Positions 5,290-13,490 are shown, counted from the stretch's first letter. The stretch is 39,604 bases of DNA from an uncultured Clostridia bacterium (GCA_964598465.1 CAZRCE010000001.1:1-39604); one strand, 5' to 3'. Numbers and translations are program-made. Notes: a model not told the origin generated them from the letters alone.

Positions 5290-5301
5290 TTATTCGTAAA
5301 A
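5290..5301. repeat. half-site (left arm only) of the palindromic site
   Basis: TTATTCGTAAAA matches 660-671 at 12/12. No right arm follows. It ends 7 bp upstream of the recombinase -35. Confidence 0.45.
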
Positions 5302-5308
5302 TTAGCAT

Positions 5309-5337
5309 TTGACTTACATACTGCAAAGTATTAAAAT
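5309..5337 (+). promoter_or_regulatory. sigma-A promoter placed for a leaderless recombinase transcript
   Basis: TTGACT-17 nt-TAAAAT, then 6 nt to the ATG at 5344. No Shine-Dalgarno. Confidence 0.6.
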
Positions 5338-5343
5338 ATTGAT

Positions 5344-6405
5344 ATGGCAACTACTTCAACCAATTATTATTTACAGCGAAATAAAAAGAATTTGGCGACT
5401 TTGGACAGGCTTTTGGAGGACGACCTCCCCCTTTTCTGCTACGATTATTTTCTTGCAATCGACAGCCAGACCAGCCCCCTTACCAGAATGAATTACGCCA
5501 ACGATTTGAAGATTTTCTTCGATTTTTTGCTAAAAAGGCGGTTTACTTCGGTTGATGGTGTTAAAAATTTCACTTTAAATAATCTTGAAGAAGTAACGAA
5601 CAACGATATTGAGTTTTTCCTCGCCTACCTTTCGCGTTATGAATACGACGGCAGAGAGCATTCGTGCAACGACAGAGCCAAAGCGAGAAAGCTTTCGTCC
5701 GTTCGCGCAATGTTCAAGTATTTCTTCAACCGCGGTCTTATTTCCGTGGACAATTCCGCGAAGGTTTCCACTCCTAAGCTTCACGAAAAGCCTATTATCC
5801 GTCTCGAAGGCAACGAAATCTTCAATATTATTGATACCGCCGAGAGCGGAACGGGTTTATCGCAGCGTCAGCGCGCCTTTCACGAGCGCAATAAAATTCG
5901 CGACAGTGCCATTATAATTCTATTTTTGGGCACGGGAATACGTATAAGCGAGCTTGTCGGGCTCAATAATCAAGATATAAATTTCGGCAATAATTCCTTT
6001 ATCGTTACGCGCAAGGGCGGAAATAAAGCCATCCTCTACTTCGACGACGACGTTGCGGCGGCGTTGTCCCGCTATATGGAATATAAGGAAGAAACGGGTT
6101 TGCCGACGGACGAAAAAGACGCCCTGTTCCTCTCTTCTCAGAAAAAGCGGATAACCGTCAGAGCGGTCGAAAATCTCGTGGAAAAATATGCGAAAATCGT
6201 TTCCCCGCTCAAAAAAATTTCCCCGCACAAGCTCAGAAGCACTTACGGCACTCAGCTTTACAAGGCGACGGGCGATATTTATATCGTCGCTGACGTTTTG
6301 GGGCATAAAGACGTAAATACGACGCGTAAGCACTACGCCGCAATCAGCGACGATAACCGCCGAGCGGTCGCGGGAAAGGTTAAATTAACGCGCGACGACG
6401 AGTAA
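5344..6405 (+). CDS. tyrosine site-specific recombinase, Xer-like, long (353 aa) form
   Basis: Core-binding domain plus catalytic residues are visible: GTGIRISEL (R), HKLRST (H-x-x-R), LGHKD (H), RKHY (Y). The stop lies 3 nt before hflX. Confidence 0.9.
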   Translation: MATTSTNYYLQRNKKNLATLDRLLEDDLPLFCYDYFLAIDSQTSPLTRMNYANDLKIFFDFLLKRRFTSVDGVKNFTLNNLEEVTNNDIEFFLAYLSRYEYDGREHSCNDRAKARKLSSVRAMFKYFFNRGLISVDNSAKVSTPKLHEKPIIRLEGNEIFNIIDTAESGTGLSQRQRAFHERNKIRDSAIIILFLGTGIRISELVGLNNQDINFGNNSFIVTRKGGNKAILYFDDDVAAALSRYMEYKEETGLPTDEKDALFLSSQKKRITVRAVENLVEKYAKIVSPLKKISPHKLRSTYGTQLYKATGDIYIVADVLGHKDVNTTRKHYAAISDDNRRAVAGKVKLTRDDE

Positions 6406-6408
6406 TAT

Positions 6409-7623
6409 ATGGAAATCTGCGAAAAAATATTTGTTATTCAACCTATTCACGGCGCTAATTACCGCGTTTTGCACGACGAAGCTAAGTCGCTTATCGAGAG
6501 CGCGGGTGCGGAATATTGCGGTTCGTGCTATCAGAACGTTAAAGAAATAAATCCCGCAACCTATATCGGTGCGGGAAAACTCGAAGAAATCAAACAAACT
6601 CTGGAAGGCATCGACGGCGTTACCGTTCTTTTTAACGGCGCGCTGTCCCCTTCCCAAACTCTGAATATCGCAGCGGCGGTCGGCGACCGCAAGGTAATCG
6701 ACCGTACCACCCTTATCCTCGATATTTTTGCGCGCAACGCCGTAAGCAGCGAAGGCAAAGTTCAGGTTGAACTTGCGCAGTTGAAATATATATACCCGAG
6801 GCTTAAAGGAAAAGGCGCGGCGCTGTCCCGTCTCGGCGGCGGCATAGGCTCGCGCGGTCCGGGTGAAACTCAGCTCGAAACCGACAGGCGTCACATACGC
6901 ACGCGGATTAAATATCTTGAAAAAAAGCTGTCCGAAATGAACGGTCGTCGCACTCTTCAAAGCGGTTTAAGGACTAAGCGCAATACGAAAACAATCGCTT
7001 TGGTCGGATACACGAATACGGGTAAATCTACCCTTATGAACGCGCTGACCGGTGCGGGCGTTATGGAAAAGAACGCGCTTTTTGCGACGCTTGACCCTAC
7101 CGCCCGTAAATTCGAAATCGACGGCGCGGAATTTCTGCTATTCGATACCGTCGGATTTATTCAGGAGCTTCCCCACGATATCGTCGAAGCTTTTAAATCC
7201 ACTCTGGAAGTTGCGGTCAACTGCGACCTTGCCGTTCTCGTCGCCGCGGCGGACGACGATTACGATATGCAGTTCGGCGTAACAGAAAACACTTTGGCGG
7301 AGCTTGGGTTCGATAAGCCGTTTATTAAAGTAATAAACAAATGCGATGAAGTAGAAGATTTATCGTCCTTTCCGAAAGATTGCGTGCTTATTTCGGCTAA
7401 ATTCCGCCGCGGAATAGACGAGCTCACCGCAAAAATACGCGAAAGCTTCGAAGATAAAATCGTCAATTTAAAATTGAGCGTCGGCTACTCCGATTTCGAT
7501 AAATATTCCGCCGTTGCAAAGTACGCGAAGGAAAATTCGAGAAATTACACCGATTACGGAATGGAGCTTGAAATCACCGTTCCCGCGGAATACGCATATA
7601 AATTCACGGATTTCAAAATCTGA
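6409..7623 (+). CDS. hflX: GTPase HflX
   Basis: GPGETQLETDRR, GYTNTGKSTLMNALTG, DTVGFI, NKCD. Confidence 0.95.
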   Translation: MEICEKIFVIQPIHGANYRVLHDEAKSLIESAGAEYCGSCYQNVKEINPATYIGAGKLEEIKQTLEGIDGVTVLFNGALSPSQTLNIAAAVGDRKVIDRTTLILDIFARNAVSSEGKVQVELAQLKYIYPRLKGKGAALSRLGGGIGSRGPGETQLETDRRHIRTRIKYLEKKLSEMNGRRTLQSGLRTKRNTKTIALVGYTNTGKSTLMNALTGAGVMEKNALFATLDPTARKFEIDGAEFLLFDTVGFIQELPHDIVEAFKSTLEVAVNCDLAVLVAAADDDYDMQFGVTENTLAELGFDKPFIKVINKCDEVEDLSSFPKDCVLISAKFRRGIDELTAKIRESFEDKIVNLKLSVGYSDFDKYSAVAKYAKENSRNYTDYGMELEITVPAEYAYKFTDFKI

Positions 7624-7803
7624 TTACTCATCTTCGCCGTCGAGAATGATTTTGTCTATTTTAATGACGGCGTCGTCGCGGAAATCGATGCATTTCCCGC
7701 AATTATCGCATATCTTATTCGGGTCGAGGTCGCATATATCGCACTCCCCGCATTCTATGCATTCCCTGTCGTAAAGCTCGCACTCCTCACCTTTTTGGCG
7801 CAT
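7624..7803 (-). CDS. 59-aa cysteine-rich protein (8 Cys; CxxCxxCxxC and CxxCxxC); below the ORF-track cutoff
   Basis: GAGAGG RBS 8 nt upstream. Reads MRQKGEECELYDRECIECGECDICDLDPNKICDNCGKCIDFRDDAVIKIDKIILDGEDE. Divergent from lexA. Confidence 0.55.
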   Translation of the reverse strand: MRQKGEECELYDRECIECGECDICDLDPNKICDNCGKCIDFRDDAVIKIDKIILDGEDE

Positions 7804-7832
7804 ATACTATACCTCTCTTATGAATTAACGCC

Positions 7833-7861
7833 ATTATACAATAAAAAATTTATAAAAACAA
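7833..7861 (-). promoter_or_regulatory. candidate promoter of the Cys-rich ORF
   Basis: On the minus strand, TTGTTT-17 nt-TATAAT, about 30 nt upstream of the ATG at 7803. Confidence 0.4.
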
Positions 7862-7872
7862 CTAAAAATACG

Positions 7873-7884
7873 GAACGTTCGTTT
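7873..7884. promoter_or_regulatory. LexA (Cheo/SOS) box
   Basis: GAAC-GTTC-GTTT against the Firmicute consensus GAAC-N4-GTTC (11/12). It overlaps the lexA -35. Confidence 0.6.
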
Positions 7885-7911
7885 GCTTTTTGTGTTTTTA
7901 TATGTTATAAT
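7883..7911 (+). promoter_or_regulatory. lexA promoter
   Basis: TTGCTT-17 nt-TATAAT with TGn extended -10 (TGTTATAAT). AGAGGTG RBS before the ATG at 7929. Confidence 0.55.
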
Positions 7912-7928
7912 AAGTTCAGAGGTGCAAA

Positions 7929-8522
7929 ATGAAAAAGACAAACGACAAGGCTGCCGCCGTTCTTGAATTTATCGAGAGTTTTATAGCGGAAAACGGATAC
8001 GCCCCCACCGTGCGCGAAATATGCCGCGCGTGCAACATAAAGTCCACAGCGTCGGCTTTCGGATATATGAATAAGCTTGCCGAGCAAGGGCTGATTAACA
8101 AGAATAAAGTCGGCGAAAACAAGCGCCGCGCTGTGTCCGTCAAGCAGAACGCCGTTAAAGTTCCCCTCGTCGGTACGGTTGCCGCAGGCGAACCCATCTT
8201 CGCGCAGGAAAATTACGAAGATTTCTTTTCCGTTCCTACGAATATGTTCGGAAGCGACGATTTGTTTATGCTTACCGTTCGTGGCAACTCTATGATAAAT
8301 ATCGGAATGTTTAACGGCGATAAAATCGTCGTTAGGAAGCAAAATACCGCCGAAAACGGCGAAATCGTAGTCGCGCTCGTAGATGACAGCGCAACTGTAA
8401 AACGCTTCTTCAAGCGTGACGGTAAAATAGTCCTCCACCCCGAAAACGACGATATGGAAGATTTCATTTTCGACGAGGTCGCGATACTCGGCAAAGTCGT
8501 CGGATTAATGAGAAACATATAA
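7929..8522 (+). CDS. lexA: SOS repressor LexA
   Basis: N-terminal winged HTH, VAAGEP cleavage site, GNSM (Ser) and VKRF (Lys) of the S24 peptidase domain. Confidence 0.95.
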   Translation: MKKTNDKAAAVLEFIESFIAENGYAPTVREICRACNIKSTASAFGYMNKLAEQGLINKNKVGENKRRAVSVKQNAVKVPLVGTVAAGEPIFAQENYEDFFSVPTNMFGSDDLFMLTVRGNSMINIGMFNGDKIVVRKQNTAENGEIVVALVDDSATVKRFFKRDGKIVLHPENDDMEDFIFDEVAILGKVVGLMRNI

Positions 8523-8526
8523 AATC

Positions 8527-8556
8527 AAAGGCGAAGCTAAATAGCTTCGCCTTTTA
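8527..8556. terminator. bidirectional terminator between the convergent lexA and rluB
   Basis: AAAGGCGAAGCT-aaat-AGCTTCGCCTTT with A/T runs on both sides. Confidence 0.75.
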
Positions 8557-8558
8557 AA

Positions 8559-9257
8559 TTAAATCGACATAAGATACGCCACTTCTTCTTTTGACAGAGT
8601 CCTGTACGCGCCTCTGTCAAGTCCGCGCAGAGTAAGCTCCCCCACTTTAATTCTTTTCAGAAGGGTTACTTCTTTTCCTATCGCTTCGAACATCTTCCTT
8701 ATTTCTCTGTTCTTGCCCTCGGTTATCGTCACGTGAATTTTGGTATAGCTTTTGTTCGTTTCGACGATATGCGCCTTACTTTTTTTCGTAACGTAGCCGT
8801 CAATTTCGATACCGCTCCTTATGGGGTTGAGCGCGGCCTCGGTAATCGTGCCCTCTATCTTGACGAGATAGGTTTTGGGAACGTCGTTTTTCGGGTTGGT
8901 AAGATGCTGCGCAAGCTCGCCGTCGGTCGTAAGAATAAGCAGACCTTCGCTGTCGTAATCGAGCCTTCCCACGGGGTAAATTCTGCCCACGTTTTTTGGC
9001 ATCAGGTCGAGAACGGTTTTTCTGCCTTTATCATCGCTTACGGTACTAAGATAGCCTTTCGGCTTGTTTAGAAGATAGTATTCGTTCTTCTTCATTACGG
9101 CTTTTACGCCGTTTACGAGAACTTCGTCGCTCTCTCCAACTTCCAGTCCCAAATCGGCTTTTTTGCCGTTTACGGTAACTTTTCCGTCTTTTATAAGGTT
9201 GTCGCACTCTCTGCGAGAAGCGATACCGCATGCGGCGAGATATTTGTTTATACGCAT
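8559..9257 (-). CDS. rluB: 23S rRNA pseudouridine synthase, RsuA/RluB family
   Basis: S4 domain (MRINKYLAACGIASRR) and GRLDYDSEGLLILTTDGE. Confidence 0.9.
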   Translation of the reverse strand: MRINKYLAACGIASRRECDNLIKDGKVTVNGKKADLGLEVGESDEVLVNGVKAVMKKNEYYLLNKPKGYLSTVSDDKGRKTVLDLMPKNVGRIYPVGRLDYDSEGLLILTTDGELAQHLTNPKNDVPKTYLVKIEGTITEAALNPIRSGIEIDGYVTKKSKAHIVETNKSYTKIHVTITEGKNREIRKMFEAIGKEVTLLKRIKVGELTLRGLDRGAYRTLSKEEVAYLMSI

Positions 9258-9278
9258 TTGATTTCCCGAATCCGAAAT

Positions 9279-10301
9279 TTATTTCTCTATTATACTATAT
9301 AAATTTCCTTTGAAAATCAAGTTATTTCCGTTGCGAATTTCAAGTTCGGCTACTTTTTCGCCCTTATTGACGCGCTTTCCTATATGCGTGCACTTTATTT
9401 CGTATTCGATTTCCGACTGCTTTTCCGTAACGAACGAGTAGTCGTTATCGGTCGAGCACGGTATTCCGTCCGCCATAAAAACGGTATCTTTACTTACCGT
9501 TGCGAGTTCGTATCTGTCGAAGCAATTATTGATTAATTTTGCGCTCCGCTCATACATATCGTAACAGTCCAGAACGACGCACACGAGGTCCATTCCGTCG
9601 CGTTCGCAGGACGACACGAGGCATCTGCCCGCCTTGGTCGTGTAGCCCGTCTTTACGCCGTTTGCGCCTTCAAGCTTGCTGAGAATCTTGTTTTTGTTTA
9701 CGAAGCTTCTGTAATTGCCGTTGTAATTTTTCGTCGAAACTACTTTGGCAAAAGTTTCGTTCTTCATAGCGGCGCAGGCGATTAGCCCGAGGTCTTTCGC
9801 CGTCGTGTAATGTTTAGGGTCGGGAAGTCCGCTCGGATTAGTGAAATTCGTGCTGCTTGCGCCGAGTTCACGCGCCCTTTCGTTCATTCTTACAACGAAA
9901 TTGTCAATGTTACCGCTGTGATGAATGGCGAGCGCCGCCGCGCTGTCGTTACCGGACCTTAACATTAGCCCGTAAACGAGGTCGCGTACGGAAATTTTTT
10001 CATCGTATTTGAGATAAATGCTCGACCCTTCAACGCCGACCGCTTCGCGCGGGACGGTAATTTCCTCGTCGAGGTTACACTCCTCTATGACTATCAAAGC
10101 GGTCATAATCTTAGTCGTGCTTGCCATGGGAAGCTTTGCTTCCGCGTTCTTCGCTTCGAGAACCCTTCCCGTAGAAAGCTCTATAACCGTTTCCGCCCGT
10201 CCGTCTGCCGAGGCAGTGCGCCCGCCGGTTGCAAAGGGCGTAAATAACAAAATCGTCGCCGCGGATATAATTAATGCGAGTTTCAAATAGCGCTTAAACA
10301 T
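9279..10301 (-). CDS. D-alanyl-D-alanine carboxypeptidase (S11 PBP)
   Basis: Signal peptide, STTK, SGN and KTG motifs. Confidence 0.9.
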   Translation of the reverse strand: MFKRYLKLALIISAATILLFTPFATGGRTASADGRAETVIELSTGRVLEAKNAEAKLPMASTTKIMTALIVIEECNLDEEITVPREAVGVEGSSIYLKYDEKISVRDLVYGLMLRSGNDSAAALAIHHSGNIDNFVVRMNERARELGASSTNFTNPSGLPDPKHYTTAKDLGLIACAAMKNETFAKVVSTKNYNGNYRSFVNKNKILSKLEGANGVKTGYTTKAGRCLVSSCERDGMDLVCVVLDCYDMYERSAKLINNCFDRYELATVSKDTVFMADGIPCSTDNDYSFVTEKQSEIEYEIKCTHIGKRVNKGEKVAELEIRNGNNLIFKGNLYSIIEK

Positions 10302-10668
10302 TGTCCTGTATAGTATGAATCAGTTCTCCCGTCCTTTCTATTAAGGTGTCTATCGGACCTTCTTCCATTTTCAGAAGGCGGCAACCCGTGCCTTCGTCCA
10401 CCAAAAACGCCTTAGGTTTAACGGTAATAACCGTACCGTTGCCGCCTGCGAGCTTAAAACCGTCCGCTTCCCTGAAAGTTTTAATATCGCCGTATTCACC
10501 GCCGCCGCCCATATTTACGACGGTTACCGACGATACGGGTATTACCTGCGCGCCGCTTACGGTGATAATGGGTTCGCCTATAACGGTATTCGCGTCCGCA
10601 ACCTTTTCCACGGGAAGCGAAGTCCTGTCAAATTCGTTTTCTTTCTGTTTTTTAAGTTTTGTTTTCAT
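10294..10668 (-). CDS. ytfJ: sporulation protein YtfJ (GerW family)
   Basis: VIGEPI..VIPVSSV..GGGGEYG pattern. Start taken at the ATG at 10668, which has a GGAGAAACTCA RBS. Adjacent to ytfI. Confidence 0.75.
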   Translation of the reverse strand: MKTKLKKQKENEFDRTSLPVEKVADANTVIGEPIITVSGAQVIPVSSVTVVNMGGGGEYGDIKTFREADGFKLAGGNGTVITVKPKAFLVDEGTGCRLLKMEEGPIDTLIERTGELIHTIQDNV

Positions 10669-11233
10669 TGAGTTTCTCCGTAAATAATACAAATAAAATT
10701 TTCGCGACGGTTATAAGATTTATCACACCCACGGCTTTCATATAGTAATTGATATAGCCGTGCTCCATATTCAGAACGGTGTAATTGCGAAGCTTCGTTC
10801 TTCCGCCGTTTATCCTTACGAAAGCGTACAGCGCGTTTGTTGCGACGTTATGCAGTATCGCCGCGTAGGCGTTGTATTCAGATTGCAGACCGAAATCCTC
10901 AAGCTGAACGATTCTCGTTATACATAAGCTGTTGAATATTTTAAGTGCGCTTTTTTTCAGCACGGAAAGATTTAGGTCTTTTTCCTTGCCGTTGACCTGC
11001 ATCTTTTTCGGCGAATTTTTTACCGTGTTTGCATTGAATATTCTTATAAATCTGAACGCACAGACGTTGACGCTCGCGTATTTTTCATTCGTATTGACAT
11101 ATACGTAATTATATATATGTACGGGAAAAACCGCCAGGAAAAAGCCGACGAGTGAGGCGTACACCAAAAAATCGTTCACGGTAGTATTATCTGTAATCTT
11201 TACGGATTTATTCTTATATAAAAAAACCGACAA
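10652..11233 (-). CDS. ytfI: DUF2953/YtfI-like sporulation membrane protein; start uncertain
   Basis: Position upstream of ytfJ and an N-terminal TM. The listed TTG start lies inside the scpB terminator stem. Confidence 0.5.
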   Translation of the reverse strand: MSVFLYKNKSVKITDNTTVNDFLVYASLVGFFLAVFPVHIYNYVYVNTNEKYASVNVCAFRFIRIFNANTVKNSPKKMQVNGKEKDLNLSVLKKSALKIFNSLCITRIVQLEDFGLQSEYNAYAAILHNVATNALYAFVRINGGRTKLRNYTVLNMEHGYINYYMKAVGVINLITVAKILFVLFTEKLNENKT

Positions 11234-11250
11234 GCAAGCTTGTCGGTTTA
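11221..11250 (-). terminator. rho-independent terminator after scpB
   Basis: On the minus strand, AAACCGACAAGC-TTGCTTGTCGGTTTTTT. Confidence 0.6.
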
Positions 11251-11264
11251 TATCATTTTAGTTA

Positions 11265-11978
11265 TTATTTAATTTCAATAAGTTCCTCGCCGTCGTCAAG
11301 GAAATCGGGCAGTTCGTAACCGTCATCGGTGGTCTTGACCACTTTTTCCTCCGTCGGCGCTTGCTCGGCGCTCTCCGCGGCGGGAGCTTCTTCCTCGACG
11401 TATTCGTCCTTTCTGTAAAGGTAATTGCTGTCGTCCTCGTCGAGAATCGAGCTGTTAAGCTCGGCTATCTGCGACATAAGCTCGTCGTAGTCGGGCAATT
11501 CGTCGATGGAATTAAGCCTGAACCTTTTAAGAAAATTGTCCGTCGTTGCGTAAAGAATGGGTTTACCTATCGCGTCCTTTCTTCCGCACGGAACTATCAT
11601 TTCGAGCTCCAAAAGGGTATGTATCGCGTAATCGCAACTTACCTGCCTTATTTCTTCAAGCTCGCCCTTAGTTACGGGTTGCTTGTATGCAATAAGCGCC
11701 GCGCATTCGAGAATTGTTCGCGTGAATTCCTTTTCTTTAATGGGCGTAAGCACTGACGAAATCTGCTGTTTATAGGCGGGATTCGTGGCAAACTGTACCT
11801 TACCGTTAAATGTCAGAAGATGAATGCCGCTGTCACCCGAATATTTTTCTTTAAGCTTTTCAATCGCCGCGTTCACTTGCTTTAAAGGAATTTCGAATTT
11901 TTCAACTATGTATTTCACTTGCACGGCCTCGCCGGAAGCGAACACTATTCCCTCAATTATATTCGTCAAATTGTCCAC
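11265..11978 (-). CDS. scpB: segregation and condensation protein B, with an acidic C-terminal extension
   Basis: IEGIVFASGE..YKQPVTKGELEEIR. Follows scpA. Confidence 0.9.
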   Translation of the reverse strand: MDNLTNIIEGIVFASGEAVQVKYIVEKFEIPLKQVNAAIEKLKEKYSGDSGIHLLTFNGKVQFATNPAYKQQISSVLTPIKEKEFTRTILECAALIAYKQPVTKGELEEIRQVSCDYAIHTLLELEMIVPCGRKDAIGKPILYATTDNFLKRFRLNSIDELPDYDELMSQIAELNSSILDEDDSNYLYRKDEYVEEEAPAAESAEQAPTEEKVVKTTDDGYELPDFLDDGEELIEIK

Positions 11979-12768
11979 TGTCCACGTCCTTTAAATCCGC
12001 TTCGGGATTAGCTTTTATCGTTATTTCGCCGAAAGAATCGGTCTGGTTTACCATAATGTACTGAAATTTAAGCATTTCGAGAAGGGCCTGGAAAGTCGTA
12101 ATGACTTCCGTGCGGGAATAGGTTTTGAACAAACTGCTGAAAGTTATTTCCTCGCTTTCGATAAGCCTTTCTCTTATATAGGAAACCTTCTCCTCTACGG
12201 TAAATTCGTCTTTGGGGATTTCCTTTACGTTTTCCTTTTCGCGCTGCATACTTTCGTTCTTCAAAAGTAAATTAGCAAACGCTTTAAGCATCGCGTCGAG
12301 GTCGAAATCCTTATATACGATTTTTACCTGACTGAAATCCTTGTCGGGGTCTTTGAAAAAGTAACCTATGGTTTCAAGCTTTTTTAGCTTGGGAGTGCGC
12401 TCCCTGATAAGCTCGAATTCCCTCTGTTTAAGCTGTTCGATGAGCGCCCTCTTTTCTTCCTCCGCGCCGCCCATTTCTTCACCCGCAACTTCCACTGCGG
12501 GAACCATCGACTTGGACTTTATGTAAATTATCTGCGCCGCCATAGCGAGATATTCGCTCTCTTTATCTACGTCGCGGCTCGGCTGCGTTTTCATAAACTC
12601 GATATAGTCGAGGAACTGCTCGGTAACTTTCGAAACGAAAATATCCTCTATATTTATCTGTGCGATATTTATAAGGTGCAACAGCAAATCCAAAGGACCT
12701 TCGAATTCGTCGAGAACCGTATTATAATCAACGACCGATTCGAAATTTGCGTATTTATCGCTTATCAT
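11953..12768 (-). CDS. scpA: segregation and condensation protein A
   Basis: EGPLDLLLHLI motif. Start taken at the ATG at 12768, which forms an ATGA overlap with the upstream stop. Confidence 0.9.
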   Translation of the reverse strand: MISDKYANFESVVDYNTVLDEFEGPLDLLLHLINIAQINIEDIFVSKVTEQFLDYIEFMKTQPSRDVDKESEYLAMAAQIIYIKSKSMVPAVEVAGEEMGGAEEEKRALIEQLKQREFELIRERTPKLKKLETIGYFFKDPDKDFSQVKIVYKDFDLDAMLKAFANLLLKNESMQREKENVKEIPKDEFTVEEKVSYIRERLIESEEITFSSLFKTYSRTEVITTFQALLEMLKFQYIMVNQTDSFGEITIKANPEADLKDVDSGQFDEYN

Positions 12769-13490
12769 ACGGTTAAAATCCACCCCCATGCATATTGAAT
12801 AGGCTTGCCTATAATTTCGGTCGCAAACCACATTATATAACCCAAAATATCGCAGTAATCAGCCCAACCGACGCCAAATCTTACTAGAACGTCGCAAAGA
12901 AAGCTTTCTACAATCAGTACGATTAAAATTACGTGACCGTATTCGCGCAGAAATCTTTGTACGGGGTTCACGCTTCTCGTAAACGCTTCCACTACTCTGA
13001 AACCGTCCAATGGATATAGCGGTAAAAGGTTGAATACCACCGAGCAAAGACTGTAAGAAAACAGTATAAAAAAGAAATTGGTAAAAAACGATAAAATCGT
13101 TTCCGCACTCCGATTATCCAAAAAGAAACTAATATTAGCCCAATAGACGTAGCGCAAAATCAGTACGTAAATCAGATATGCGATGAATGCGATTATATAA
13201 TTCACGACGACGCCCGCAATCGCGGTAGTAAAAAGTCCAACTTTATAGTTTCGGAAATTAGCGGGATTTACGGGTACGGGTTTAGCCCAGCCGAAACCTA
13301 CGAGAGCGCACGCAACGAACCCCGTAGGGTCGATATGCTTCATAGGATTGAGCGACAGTCTGCCGTTAATCTTAGCAGTTCCGTCACCGTTTTTGTACGC
13401 TACCCAGGCATGCGCAAATTCGTGCGGTGCAAAAACGAACACGACGGCGCATATTGCGGCGAGATAATAAACCAAATCGTCTAAATTCAT
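12765..13490 (-). CDS. M50-family (site-2 protease-like) membrane metalloprotease
   Basis: HEFAHAW (HExxH), NLLPLYPLDG, multiple TM segments. Confidence 0.85.
   Translation of the reverse strand: MNLDDLVYYLAAICAVVFVFAPHEFAHAWVAYKNGDGTAKINGRLSLNPMKHIDPTGFVACALVGFGWAKPVPVNPANFRNYKVGLFTTAIAGVVVNYIIAFIAYLIYVLILRYVYWANISFFLDNRSAETILSFFTNFFFILFSYSLCSVVFNLLPLYPLDGFRVVEAFTRSVNPVQRFLREYGHVILIVLIVESFLCDVLVRFGVGWADYCDILGYIMWFATEIIGKPIQYAWGWILTV

Noticed and set aside
5344-6405. The recombinase as the integrase of a conventional prophage spanning 476-6405
   Set aside because: No site copy or spare sequence lies to its right, because hflX starts 3 nt after its stop. All site copies lie to its left. A host-encoded Xer-type enzyme is therefore the simpler reading, though only comparative genomics can settle it.
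6385-6960. 191-aa minus-strand ORF inside hflX
   Set aside because: It is antisense to a gene with unmistakable HflX motifs, and its sequence is Arg/Ala/Phe-rich shadow-frame composition.
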